A DNA stretch of 31,552 nt from an uncultured bacterium (GTDB taxonomy: Bacteria; Abyssobacteria; SURF-5). The translations under genes and the position numbers were made by a program. The DNA lies in assembly GCA_964510165.1 (NCBI GenBank), contig CAZEBC010000016.1:1-31552 (forward strand). The letters run 5' to 3'. The notes under the pieces were generated by a model. The model did not search any database. It had not been told where the DNA came from and saw only the letters and a list, made by a program, of their open reading frames with translations. Positions 15,784 to 25,367 of this stretch are shown in pieces. Within the stretch, counting starts at the first letter, position 1. Every line of letters begins with the position of its first letter.

Positions 15784-17055
15784 TCAGGAACAGAAGTAGT
15801 GGAGCATCTCTTTTGTGACGGCGACAAGGTCCTCGACGTAAGCGAATTCGTCGGCGCCGTGTGCGCGGAGGTCAGATGCTCTGGCGACACCGAAATAGGC
15901 GGCCTCAAGCTTGGCGGGCTTGAGCGCATCGGCCACGCAGGCGAGGTCCGATGAGCCGCTGATGCCGCCGAACAGGAGGCCGTCAAACCCCTTCACAGTC
16001 TTCACGGCCTCTGTCATTCTGCGTACGGCAGAAGTGTCGGGGTTGATCTCCACAGCGCCGTATCCGCGCATCACTTCGAGCTTCAAGTCCAGAAGCTTGG
16101 ACCTTTGCCTTCCTCTTTGTATCGCTTCTTGAATTTCGGCAATCACCGCATCGGGGTCCTCGTCCGGAACGTAACGGCGGTTTATCGTGAGCGTGCATTC
16201 TGCGGGCACGATATTGGCTTTGGTTCCGCTGCGCATGATTGTGAGGTTGAACATGGGCGTCATCTTGCCATGCGTAAAGGGCGAATGCGGATGTGGAAAC
16301 GCGGCTATGCGCGACTGTCGCTGCTCGACCGCTTTCTTGAGTTCCATCAGTTCATTGAGTATCGGAACCATCTCCTCGAGGGCATTGATTCCGAGGAAGT
16401 TCACGCCGGAATGGCAGCTCTTTCCTATCGCTGTTACATCAACCTGTATCCCGCCTGCAGTCGCCATGATGTATATGGGCTCAATGGCGCCGAGGTCCGT
16501 CCAGACGAGGTGATTGGAAAAATAGCCGTTCCGGGCAAGATAGTCGGCGCCTGCCTGGTATTGGTTGCCGAGTTCTTCATCCGTGCAAAGCAGGCAATCG
16601 ATTGAGAATCTTGGCTCGAGGCCGAGGTCGTGAATCACCTTGAGCGCGCCCATGACGCAGGCGATCGGCCCCTTGTTATCCACCGAACCTCTTCCGTAGA
16701 GTCTGCCGTCCTCCACGTCGCCGGCGAAGGGATCGCGCGTCCACGACTCGTCGGCGGGCACAACATCAACATGGGCGTACACGGACACCTTGGGCTTGCC
16801 GGTGTCGAGGCAGGCCACAAGGTTCTCCCTGGGGCCAGACAATCCCATGGCATCCATCCCCCGCTTGTTTTCGGGAACGAGCACTCTTGTGGTCTTGCAG
16901 CCAAACCTTCTGAATTCCGGCTCAACAAGATCAAGCAGCTTTGAGTAGGTGTTGCCGGGCGGGACCGAGGTGTCAATCCGGACTAAAGCCCTCAGGATAT
17001 CTACCAGATATGGCTCTTCTTCCTCGACTTTTTTTGAAACCGCGTGCCAGTTCAT
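15784..17055 (-). CDS. M20 metallopeptidase/deacylase (ArgE/DapE family)
   Basis: AHVDVVP, YGRGSVDNKG, DEE, GKSCHS, AHGADE. ATG 17055 follows GGGAGA. Candidate promoter TTGACG-16-TATGGT at 17124-17097. Confidence 0.9.
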   Translation of the reverse strand: MNWHAVSKKVEEEEPYLVDILRALVRIDTSVPPGNTYSKLLDLVEPEFRRFGCKTTRVLVPENKRGMDAMGLSGPRENLVACLDTGKPKVSVYAHVDVVPADESWTRDPFAGDVEDGRLYGRGSVDNKGPIACVMGALKVIHDLGLEPRFSIDCLLCTDEELGNQYQAGADYLARNGYFSNHLVWTDLGAIEPIYIMATAGGIQVDVTAIGKSCHSGVNFLGINALEEMVPILNELMELKKAVEQRQSRIAAFPHPHSPFTHGKMTPMFNLTIMRSGTKANIVPAECTLTINRRYVPDEDPDAVIAEIQEAIQRGRQRSKLLDLKLEVMRGYGAVEINPDTSAVRRMTEAVKTVKGFDGLLFGGISGSSDLACVADALKPAKLEAAYFGVARASDLRAHGADEFAYVEDLVAVTKEMLHYFCS

Positions 17056-17125
17056 AGGTTTCTCCCGTAGTGTGAAGGGGTAAATTAATGAATCAGACCA
17101 TAATCGGAAACCTTTCGACGTCAAG

Positions 17126-18514
17126 TCATGCGATCGAGTGCTGTTTCATCTTTCGCCACAGTGTGGTGCGGCTCATGCCGAGCATTCTGGCGGCCCGGGT
17201 TCGGTTGCCCGACGTGTCAGCGAGCGCATGTTCGATCACCTGTCGTTCCCTGTCGGCGTTGCTCCGGGCGTCGTGGCGGAGGAACCTCTTGACGGTCGGA
17301 CCAGGCTCGAAATCGTCGGACTTCCTGATCTCGACGGGCAATTCTTCCAGGCTAATCATGTCTCCCCGCGTGAGCACCATGGCGTGCTCGATGGCGTGTT
17401 CGAGTTCCCGGATATTGCCGGGCCAATCATAGCTCCACAGCGCGCTCATCGCATTTTCCTTTACGCCGCGTATGCGTTTACCCATCTTCTCATTGAGCCG
17501 TTCGATAATGTGGTTTATGAGAAGCGGCAAGTCGTCTTTTCGCTCCCTAAGCGGCGGCAGATAGATAGGGATGACGCGAAGCCGGTAGTAGAGGTCGGGC
17601 CGGAAATGGCCATGCTGGACGAGTTCGGCCAGGTTTCGGCTGGTGGCGGCGATGATCCTGACATCCACCTTGCGGGAGACGGTCTCGCCGACGCGCTCGA
17701 TCTCCTTTTCCTGAAGGACGCGCAGCATCTTAAGCTGGATGAACGGGCTGAAGTCGCCGACCTCATCGAGAAAGATGGTGCCGCCGTTGGCCGCCTCGAA
17801 GCGGCCCACTTTGTCATACAACGCGCCGGTAAACGAGCCTTTGGCGTGTCCGAACAGTTCGCTTTCGAGGAGCGTCTCGGCGAGGGCCGAGCAGTTCACC
17901 TTTATGAACGGCCCGTTTGCGCGATGGCTGTGATAATGGATAGCGTGGGCGACCAGTTCCTTCCCTGTGCCGCTTTCTCCATGAATGAGCACGGTCGAGT
18001 CGCTGTCAGCGGTCAGCAGGATACGATCATACACCTGCTGCATCAGATAGTTCTTGCCTATGATCCGGTTGAGCCGGTATCGTCCCTTTAGTTCCTGCTT
18101 GAGGGTGTGAATCTCGGTCACGTCGGCGATGCTGATGACCGCGCCAGCGGCCTCGTCGGCGTAGAGGCCGGTCAGGACTGTGCTCGTGATGTTGATGGTC
18201 CTGGGGCGCCCATCCCGCGTCGTTATCTCGAGTTCATAGTTCTCGATACGCTGGTTCTTGCGGATGGCCTCGACGATCCTTTCGGTGAGACGGTCTTCCT
18301 TGTGGGAAACAAGCACCTCATGAAGCGGCTTTTCCAAAGCTTCCTGAGCGGTGAAGCCGGTTATCCTCTCGGCCGACCTATTAAACTGCTGAATCCTGCC
18401 CGTCGGATCGACTGTGATAATGCCATCGTAGAGGCTGTCGAATATGGACCTCAGATTCTCGGCCAGCCTGAGGAAATAAGGCGAAATCTCCAGCGGAGGT
18501 TTTTCCTGGTGCAC
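17126..18514 (-). CDS. sigma54-dependent activator, PAS + AAA+ + Fis HTH
   Basis: PAS ([10 protein letters not shown]), [45 protein letters not shown]-terminal HTH. AGGAG RBS. Confidence 0.93.
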   Translation of the reverse strand: MHQEKPPLEISPYFLRLAENLRSIFDSLYDGIITVDPTGRIQQFNRSAERITGFTAQEALEKPLHEVLVSHKEDRLTERIVEAIRKNQRIENYELEITTRDGRPRTINITSTVLTGLYADEAAGAVISIADVTEIHTLKQELKGRYRLNRIIGKNYLMQQVYDRILLTADSDSTVLIHGESGTGKELVAHAIHYHSHRANGPFIKVNCSALAETLLESELFGHAKGSFTGALYDKVGRFEAANGGTIFLDEVGDFSPFIQLKMLRVLQEKEIERVGETVSRKVDVRIIAATSRNLAELVQHGHFRPDLYYRLRVIPIYLPPLRERKDDLPLLINHIIERLNEKMGKRIRGVKENAMSALWSYDWPGNIRELEHAIEHAMVLTRGDMISLEELPVEIRKSDDFEPGPTVKRFLRHDARSNADRERQVIEHALADTSGNRTRAARMLGMSRTTLWRKMKQHSIA

Positions 18515-18641
18515 CGTGTATTGCTCCTGTTAAGTCCTTCATTCATGATAACATTCATAGCTTGCGAGTTGCAAGCGGAGCGTCCCACCCGGCGGTTGCG
18601 AGGTAAATGGAACCGCCTCTTCGCCTATAGCGCCAATTCGC

Positions 18642-18682
18642 AGTAATGATTATAGTTATGGTATTATGTGACATCAATCAGA
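18642..18682. promoter_or_regulatory. Fur/PerR-like box plus CRP/HcpR-like box upstream of the respiratory operon
   Basis: AGTAATGATTATAGTTATG (13/19 to GATAATGATAATCATTATC) at 18642-18660; TGTGA-CATCAA-TCAGA (9/10) at 18667-18682. Confidence 0.4.
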
Positions 18683-18765
18683 AGGCTTGACGGGTAAGGC
18701 TTGGGCGAGCCCCATCTTCGATTTCCGAAAAAAGCCCAAGCAGTGGAGTCTGTGGGAGGGCTCTG

Positions 18766-20076
18766 GTGGATTTCCCTGTTTTTGACGTGCCTCTGATCGG
18801 CGGTCGCCTGTTCATCGCGCTCGTGGGCGTGGTTCACGTGCTTATCAGCCACGGCTGCGCGGTGGGCGGTTCCCTCTTTCTTGTCCTGCTCGAATACAAA
18901 TCCATCAAGGAGAACGACGAGCGTCTCAACGAGTTGTGTTATCGCCTGACACGCTGGTTCTTCATCTTGACGACTTCTCTCGGAGCGCTTTCGGGTGTGG
19001 GCATCTGGTTCACGACCAACATGTTCTCGCCCGAGGGAATCGGGTCACTCCTCAGGATATTCTTTTGGCCGTGGTTTGTTGAGTGGAACGTTTTCATAGT
19101 GGAGCTGGCGCTGGTTGCGATCTACTATCTGTCCTGGCACAAGATGAAACCAGACAAGCACGTGAAGGTGGGCATTGCGTACTTCGTCGTCTCGTTTCAG
19201 ACGGTGGCGGTGATCGTCGGCATCCTGGGGTTTCAACTGACGCCGGGCAAGTGGACCGTGGACCGCGCCTTCTGGGACGGCTTCTTCAATCCGTCGTATT
19301 TTCCTCAACTGTTCAGCAGGACGGCGCTCGCGGGGCTGCTGGCCGCCGCATTTTCCCTGTTCATATTCGCATTCATGCGGAGCATGCAGGACGTGCGCAA
19401 GCCGTTTCTGCGATTCACGGGAGGATACCTGCTGGCGGTAAGCCCTGTCTATCTCTTTGCCACTGTGGGCTACTATCACATCATTCCGCAAAGGACCGAG
19501 GAATTCATCTCCGTGGCCCTGGTGACGCTCCAATTCCAGCGATATGTAGAGTGGAGCAAAGGCTTCTATTTTGCTATTGTAGGCTTCATGCTGCTTGCGG
19601 GCCTGCTCATGTTCTATGCGCGGAGAACATTCGGTGTGCTGGCCGTTCTCCCTATGCTGCTGATGATCCTCGCGGTCATTCAGTTCGAGCGAGTGCGCGA
19701 ATTCAGCCGGAAGCCATTCGTGATCAATGAATACATGTACAGCAACGGAAAACGTAAGGCAGAGGCGGCGTTCCTCTCTGAAGTCGGCGTGTCCAGGTTT
19801 GCCACATGGGCCTGGCGCGGGCTCGACCCCGTGAGTGAAACAGCTCTCGGAGAGGTCGTGTTCAGGGCGGACTGCATGGCCTGCCACGAACAGGTCGGTG
19901 TCAACGGGGTGTTTGCGAAACCCCTGGTCACTACCGAAGAAGCGGTCGTGAACTTTCTGAGCAACATGCAGTACACGCATCCGTTCATGCCCCCGTTCAT
20001 AGGAACCGAAAAGGAAAAGAAGGCCTTGGCGAAGTTTCTGGTCGAAGGAAAGAGAAAATGGTTGGAATCCCAATAG
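18766..20076 (+). CDS. CydA-like (cytochrome bd superfamily) membrane subunit without Q-loop, with C-terminal monoheme cytochrome c
   Basis: About 9 TM helices; HVLISH in TM1; WFVEWNVFIVE resembling the conserved Glu pair of CydA; ERVREFSRKPFVI resembling CydA E..RQPW; CMACH...MPP. GGGAGG RBS. Confidence 0.75.
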   Translation: MDFPVFDVPLIGGRLFIALVGVVHVLISHGCAVGGSLFLVLLEYKSIKENDERLNELCYRLTRWFFILTTSLGALSGVGIWFTTNMFSPEGIGSLLRIFFWPWFVEWNVFIVELALVAIYYLSWHKMKPDKHVKVGIAYFVVSFQTVAVIVGILGFQLTPGKWTVDRAFWDGFFNPSYFPQLFSRTALAGLLAAAFSLFIFAFMRSMQDVRKPFLRFTGGYLLAVSPVYLFATVGYYHIIPQRTEEFISVALVTLQFQRYVEWSKGFYFAIVGFMLLAGLLMFYARRTFGVLAVLPMLLMILAVIQFERVREFSRKPFVINEYMYSNGKRKAEAAFLSEVGVSRFATWAWRGLDPVSETALGEVVFRADCMACHEQVGVNGVFAKPLVTTEEAVVNFLSNMQYTHPFMPPFIGTEKEKKALAKFLVEGKRKWLESQ

Positions 20077-21935
20077 ACCTGCCGCTTCCGCTTCCCGGCC
20101 CGGAAGACGTGCTGAAGGTGTTGCTGGTAATCACGTTTATTATGCACATATTCTTTGTGGGGCTTATGTTGGGCGGCGCATATTGGGCGGTCATCTTCAA
20201 AATTCTCGGGAGGGATGACCCGTTTTACGAGCGGCTGGCGCGCGAAATAGACGCGACTGTAACCATCAACAAGAGCCTGGCCGTCGTGCTTGGGGTGGCG
20301 CCTCTGCTGCTGATCGGGTTGACGTACACCCGCTATTGGTACACCGCCAACGTGATGACCGCGCCTTTCTTTCTCTCAATCGTATGGGTTGTCGCCGCCG
20401 CGTTCCTCTTTCTGTTTGCTTACAAGTATTCATGGGACATGTTTGCGGACAGGTCGCTCGTCCATCTGTCGTTGGGACTGATCGCATGCGGGCTTTTGAC
20501 TTTGATCCCCCTGATCTTTCTCACGAACATAAACCTGATGTTGCTACCGTATCAATGGGACATGACCAAGGGTTTCGTCCAGGCGCTTCTAATGCCGAAT
20601 GTCCTGCCGAGATACCTGCACTTCCTGGTGGCCACCTTTGCGATGATCGGCTTCTTCGCCGCCGTCTGGTTCTGGTATCGGGGCAGGAATTCCGATGACC
20701 CGTTCTATCCCCGCGCGCAAAGAGTGGGACTGAAGTGGGCGCTGGTCGCGACCTTGTTGCAGGGCTTGGCCGGGCCGTTCTCGTTCATCACGCTCCCTGA
20801 GGGTTCATATTCGAACCAACTATTCATTCTGATAGGGTTTGCGATTGCGGCGGTTGCGGTCGTGTGCATCGTGCTGATTCGAGGATTGCAGAAAACGTCC
20901 GGCGGTCCGATCATCGCTTCGGCCATGCTGCTCGCGGCAGTCGCCGTTCTCATGAGCTTCATGCGGCACACGGTCAGGGAGAATCTTCTCCGAGAGCCGC
21001 ATCTTGTTGCGGAGGAGAGGACGCGCCGATATTTCGCCGACCTCTCTCAATTCCGGGAAGCCCAGGCCGCCGAGGTGGCAAAGCCGGAAACGGGAGAGGA
21101 ATTATTCAAGATATTCTGCGCGAGCTGTCACGCTTCCGACCGCGTGCTGGTGGGGCCTTCGCTCGAGTACATGAGAGACAAGTACGAGGGGAAGCCTGAG
21201 AAGATGATCGAGTTTGTCCTCCAGCCATCCAAAGTCAATCCAGACCTGCCTGCAATGCCGCCTCCGAGCATAACCCGCCAGCAGGCTGAGAAGATCGTGG
21301 ATCATATCCTGCGGGAAGCCGAAGAGAAACCGAAACCGCAAAAGAAAGAGGAAGAGAAAAAAGAAGCGAAGCCCAGTCTGGCCGGGCAGGAATTATTTCA
21401 GAAGCATTGCGCGATGTGCCACGCCGAAAAAAAGACGCTCGTGGGGCCGCCTCTCGAATACATGAGGGATAAATACAAGAGCAAGCCCGAGGAGATGATC
21501 AAGTTTGTGCTCAAACCGACCAAGGTGAATCCGGACCTGCCGCCGATGCCGCCTCCCGGCACATCCGAGGAGGAGACCGAGAAGGTCGTGCACTACATCC
21601 TCGGAGGCGCGGACAACTCGGGCCGAAAGGATAACGAGGAATCCGATGAGAATCCCGAGGGCGAGGAGGAAGGCAAAGAAGTGGACCGCAAGCCGCATCC
21701 GGGTGGACCATTGTTCCAGAAATACTGCTCGATGTGTCACGAACAGGATAAGGTGAAGATCGGGCCGCCGGTTGAGCACATTGTCGAGAAATACAAGGAC
21801 AAGCCTGAGGAGATGGTTAAGTTTGTGCTGAACCCGAAGAAGGTAGACCCCAAGATGCCTCCGATGCCGAAGCTATCGGTGAAGGAAGAGGAAGTCCGGA
21901 AGATAGTTGACTACATTCTCGGCGAGGGGAAGTAG
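20058..21935 (+). CDS. second CydA-like polytopic membrane subunit with three tandem class I cytochrome c domains
   Basis: About 8-9 TM with HIFFVG, LGVAPLL, RYLHF, MRHTVRE; then CASCH, CAMCH, CSMCH, each followed by GP and a distal MP. Overlaps the upstream gene by 19 nt. Confidence 0.75.
   Translation: MVGIPIDLPLPLPGPEDVLKVLLVITFIMHIFFVGLMLGGAYWAVIFKILGRDDPFYERLAREIDATVTINKSLAVVLGVAPLLLIGLTYTRYWYTANVMTAPFFLSIVWVVAAAFLFLFAYKYSWDMFADRSLVHLSLGLIACGLLTLIPLIFLTNINLMLLPYQWDMTKGFVQALLMPNVLPRYLHFLVATFAMIGFFAAVWFWYRGRNSDDPFYPRAQRVGLKWALVATLLQGLAGPFSFITLPEGSYSNQLFILIGFAIAAVAVVCIVLIRGLQKTSGGPIIASAMLLAAVAVLMSFMRHTVRENLLREPHLVAEERTRRYFADLSQFREAQAAEVAKPETGEELFKIFCASCHASDRVLVGPSLEYMRDKYEGKPEKMIEFVLQPSKVNPDLPAMPPPSITRQQAEKIVDHILREAEEKPKPQKKEEEKKEAKPSLAGQELFQKHCAMCHAEKKTLVGPPLEYMRDKYKSKPEEMIKFVLKPTKVNPDLPPMPPPGTSEEETEKVVHYILGGADNSGRKDNEESDENPEGEEEGKEVDRKPHPGGPLFQKYCSMCHEQDKVKIGPPVEHIVEKYKDKPEEMVKFVLNPKKVDPKMPPMPKLSVKEEEVRKIVDYILGEGK
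21093..21920 (+). repeat. three 219-bp intragenic repeats encoding cytochrome c domains
   Basis: Units 21093-21311, 21384-21602 and 21702-21920 align without gaps (LF..C..CH....GP.....KY..KPE.M..FVL.P.KV.P..P.MP) and are separated by charged linkers. Confidence 0.85.
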
Positions 21936-22448
21936 GTGAAGAAACTCGCGCTGTACAGTGTGCTGGTGACAGGATGGTTTGCCGCGGCGTTGGCGGCCAC
22001 CGTGGGCTGGGGAATCACCCATAAGACCTCCATAAGGCCCGAGCAGCCGATCGAGTTCCCTCACCGTATCCATGTGAGCGATCTCGGCATGGGATGCCTG
22101 AACTGCCACCAGTACGCGGACAAATCGCTCCACGCGGGAATTCCCGACGCCACGTTCTGCATGCAATGCCACAGCGCCGTGGCGACGGATAAACCGGAAA
22201 TCCAGAAACTCACGCAGATGTATGAGCAGGGAAGGCCGGTCGATTGGGTCCGTATCTATCGGGTGAAGCCGCATGTCTATTTCAGCCACAAGCGGCACAT
22301 AAACAGCGGCGTGGAGTGCCAACGCTGTCACGGGCCGATCGAGTTCATGACCACGGCCCAGCGAGTGACCGACCTCGGCATGGGGTGGTGCCTGGACTGT
22401 CACAACACAAGAAACGCGCCGACCGACTGCAATACATGTCATAAATAG
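21936..22448 (+). CDS. actA: Alternative Complex III pentaheme cytochrome c subunit
   Basis: N-terminal TM, PEQPIEFPHRIH, five CxxCH (CLNCH, CMQCH, CQRCH, CLDCH, CNTCH), VYFSHKRH, MGWC. GTG directly follows the previous TAG. Confidence 0.9.
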   Translation: MKKLALYSVLVTGWFAAALAATVGWGITHKTSIRPEQPIEFPHRIHVSDLGMGCLNCHQYADKSLHAGIPDATFCMQCHSAVATDKPEIQKLTQMYEQGRPVDWVRIYRVKPHVYFSHKRHINSGVECQRCHGPIEFMTTAQRVTDLGMGWCLDCHNTRNAPTDCNTCHK

Positions 22449-22456
22449 GAAACGCC

Positions 22457-25360
22457 ATGAGCCAACGGAATATCAGCCGAAGACGGTTCCTTAAGACGAC
22501 CGGCTTGATGGGAGCGGGCGCGATGCTTCCGCTTGGGCGCTCGGGCGCCGGAATACTGTTTAGAGAGATGATCCCGTATGACCATTTCATCCCCGGCGTC
22601 TCGTACTGGCTTAATTCAACATGCGGGGAGTGCGCCGCCGGCTGCGGAGTCAAGGTGCGCGTGCGCGACGGAAACGCCACCAAGATAGAAGGAAACGAAA
22701 GACACCCGATCAATCACGGCGGACTCTGCGCACGCGGACAGTCCGCGTTGCAGGCGCTCTACAGTCCGGCCAGGGTGCGCCAGCCATTGCGTCGAACCGA
22801 TGCCGCAAAGCTCGAGCCGAGCACGTGGGACTCCGCGCTGAAGTTGATCGGAAAATCAGGAACCGAGGGAGAAGTTGCCGTCATAAGCTGTCAAATCACC
22901 GGCGCGCTTCGGGCCATGCTCGAAAAGCGAACAAATAACTTTGAGAGCCTGCGCATGCTGGTTCATGAGCCGCTGGATTTCGCGCCAATCACGGCGGCGA
23001 ACAAGGTGTGCTTCAACATCGAGGCTGTCCCGACCTACAGGCTTGAGAACGCGCGGACAATCGTCTCTTTCGGCGCCGACCTGTTCGAGACGTGGATATC
23101 GCCCGTCAGCAACGCGCACGGATTCAGCAGGACGCGACAGGTGGAGAGCGGCTCTATAGGCAGACTCATCCAGTTTGAATCGCACCTCTCGCTCTCCGGC
23201 ATGAATGCGGACGAACGATACCTGTGCGCACCCGGCTCCGAGACCTTGATCGCACTCGCAATCGCATCTTCCTTAGTTGAAGACGACGCTGCACTGGAAG
23301 ACCGGGACGCATGGCGGGCTGCGCTCATGCCATTCACGCTGGAACGCGCCGCCGAGGCGAGTGGGATACCTTCGCAGGTCATAAGCGCGACTGCCGAGAA
23401 GTTGCGGGCGCACAGGCCAAACCTGGCCGTCGCCGGCGGGCCGACGTCTCGCCACAGACACGCGACCGCGCTCCAAGTCACCGTGAACCTCATCAACTAT
23501 GCCCTTGACAATTATCGCCAGACTCTCGGGTTTGACCGCACGGAGAATGCTCCCACCGGCACGTACCGACAACTGCTTGAGTTAATCGAGGATATGGAGG
23601 CGGGCCGGATACAAGCACTCATCGTGCATGAAACCTCTCCCGCCTTTGCCTTGCCCGACCCCGCGCGCTGGAACGCGGCCCTGAAACGGGTCCCATTGAA
23701 GATTCAGTTGACCTCAGTGCGCGATGATTCAAGCGCCCAGTACGATCTTGTCCTGCCGGTTCATCACTGGCTTGAGCGCTGGGGGATGCTGGAGCCGCGC
23801 AGCGGCCTGAACAGCGTGCAGCAGCCAATGGTAACGCCGTTGTACGAATCACGCAATGCGGGACAAGTTCTCGCAGACGTTCTCGATGCCTGGACAGGCT
23901 CATCCGCCGGGTTGGACTACGAGAAATTCTTGGAGGGCGAATGGAACCGGATACAAGAGCACTTTGCGCCCGAATCCGAATTCGAGGATTTCTGGCGCGA
24001 TGTGTTGGAGGCGGGCGGCTACTGGTTGGACCCGGTGAGACGCAGAATATCGCTCGACGCCAGGGCCGCAGAGGTAATCGAATCCTTGCACACCGAAACC
24101 TTTGCCGCCGACAGGCATGTGCTCCTGCCGATCACGACCGTCCGCTATGGCGATGGTCGCCACACCGGCAGACCGTGGCTGAGCGAACTGCCGGACCCCG
24201 TTAGCACAATTGTGTGGGACAACCCGCTCCTCATCTCTCAGGCGACCGCAGATAAGTGGAGATGCCGCTCCCGCGACTTAGTGCGACTGAAATGCGGCGA
24301 CAGGACGCTTGAGGCGCCGGTCTATGTGCAACCCGGGACAAGCGATGCCGTTGTTGCAATCGCCCTGGGCGCGGCCAGCCCGGAGTATGCGCCGTACCAC
24401 GCCTCCCCCTCAGGCCACCCTCTGCATTGCCTCACCGGCAGGGTTGATGAGCGATCCGGATCGTTGGCGTGGCTGGGAACGCCTGTCGAGTTCGCGGGAG
24501 TCGTCGGGCGCGCTTCTCTCGCCCGCTTGCAGGGAGGCGACGACCAGACGGGCCGACACATCGCGCAGGCGGTCTCACTCGACCGATTGCATGAGTTGGA
24601 GGGATCGGAAGAGCACAAGACTGGGATAACCGACTTGTACCCCAAGCATGAGCATCCCAGGCATGACTGGTCGATGGTGATTGATCTTTCTCTGTGCGTC
24701 GGATGCGGAAACTGCGCGGTCGCATGCATGGCGGAGAACAACGTGTTTGTGGTAGGCAAGAAACTGTGCGCGATGGGGCGCGAACTCTCATGGTTGAGGA
24801 TCGAGAGGTTTCTGGACCATGGGCGGCCCGTCTTTCTGCCGATGCTGTGCCAGCATTGCGAGCACGCGCCATGCGAGACCGTCTGTCCCGTGTACGCGGC
24901 AGTTCATAACAGCGAAGGGCTGAACCTGCAGGTGTATAACCGATGCGTCGGAACCCGGTACTGTGCAAACAACTGTCCTTACAAGGTGCGCCGATTCGAC
25001 TGGTTCACCTACAAGGTTGATCCGCCGCTGGAGAGGCAATTCAACCCCGATGTGTATGTGAGGACTCGCGGCATCATGGAAAAGTGCACGTTTTGCGTCC
25101 ACCGAATCCGGGAACACACGGGAGACGCGAAGGACGGAAAGAGGGCGTTGCGCGACGGCGAGGTGGTCCCGGCCTGCGCGCAAAGTTGCCCGACCGGCGC
25201 AATCGTCTTCGGCGACCTGAATGATCCGGTGAGCCGCGTCTCCAAACTTTTCAATGACCACAGGGGCTATAGGATTTTCGAGGAACTGAACACGCAACCG
25301 TCAATCGTGTATCTCAAGCGGGTGCATCAGCCGGACGCAACCCCGATGACGGAGCTCTGA
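22457..25360 (+). CDS. actB: Alternative Complex III subunit B (Tat-exported molybdopterin-fold domain fused to Fe-S domain)
   Basis: SRRRFLK Tat motif, ELPDPVSTIVWDN, CVGCGNCAVAC, CQHCEHAPCETVCP, NRCVGTRYCANNCPYKVRRF, RGIMEKCTFC. Confidence 0.9.
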   Translation: MSQRNISRRRFLKTTGLMGAGAMLPLGRSGAGILFREMIPYDHFIPGVSYWLNSTCGECAAGCGVKVRVRDGNATKIEGNERHPINHGGLCARGQSALQALYSPARVRQPLRRTDAAKLEPSTWDSALKLIGKSGTEGEVAVISCQITGALRAMLEKRTNNFESLRMLVHEPLDFAPITAANKVCFNIEAVPTYRLENARTIVSFGADLFETWISPVSNAHGFSRTRQVESGSIGRLIQFESHLSLSGMNADERYLCAPGSETLIALAIASSLVEDDAALEDRDAWRAALMPFTLERAAEASGIPSQVISATAEKLRAHRPNLAVAGGPTSRHRHATALQVTVNLINYALDNYRQTLGFDRTENAPTGTYRQLLELIEDMEAGRIQALIVHETSPAFALPDPARWNAALKRVPLKIQLTSVRDDSSAQYDLVLPVHHWLERWGMLEPRSGLNSVQQPMVTPLYESRNAGQVLADVLDAWTGSSAGLDYEKFLEGEWNRIQEHFAPESEFEDFWRDVLEAGGYWLDPVRRRISLDARAAEVIESLHTETFAADRHVLLPITTVRYGDGRHTGRPWLSELPDPVSTIVWDNPLLISQATADKWRCRSRDLVRLKCGDRTLEAPVYVQPGTSDAVVAIALGAASPEYAPYHASPSGHPLHCLTGRVDERSGSLAWLGTPVEFAGVVGRASLARLQGGDDQTGRHIAQAVSLDRLHELEGSEEHKTGITDLYPKHEHPRHDWSMVIDLSLCVGCGNCAVACMAENNVFVVGKKLCAMGRELSWLRIERFLDHGRPVFLPMLCQHCEHAPCETVCPVYAAVHNSEGLNLQVYNRCVGTRYCANNCPYKVRRFDWFTYKVDPPLERQFNPDVYVRTRGIMEKCTFCVHRIREHTGDAKDGKRALRDGEVVPACAQSCPTGAIVFGDLNDPVSRVSKLFNDHRGYRIFEELNTQPSIVYLKRVHQPDATPMTEL

Positions 25361-25367
25361 GAAAACC

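Noticed and set aside
17820-17840. GSFTGA instead of GAFTGA in the activator
   Set aside because: A common variant; not evidence of inactivity.
18571-18587. Possible sigma54 promoter TGGGACGCTCCGCTTGC (minus strand)
   Set aside because: GG-to-GC spacing is 11 or 12 nt, not the required 10.
19045-20073. 342-aa minus-strand ORF
   Set aside because: Antisense shadow of the CydA-like gene.
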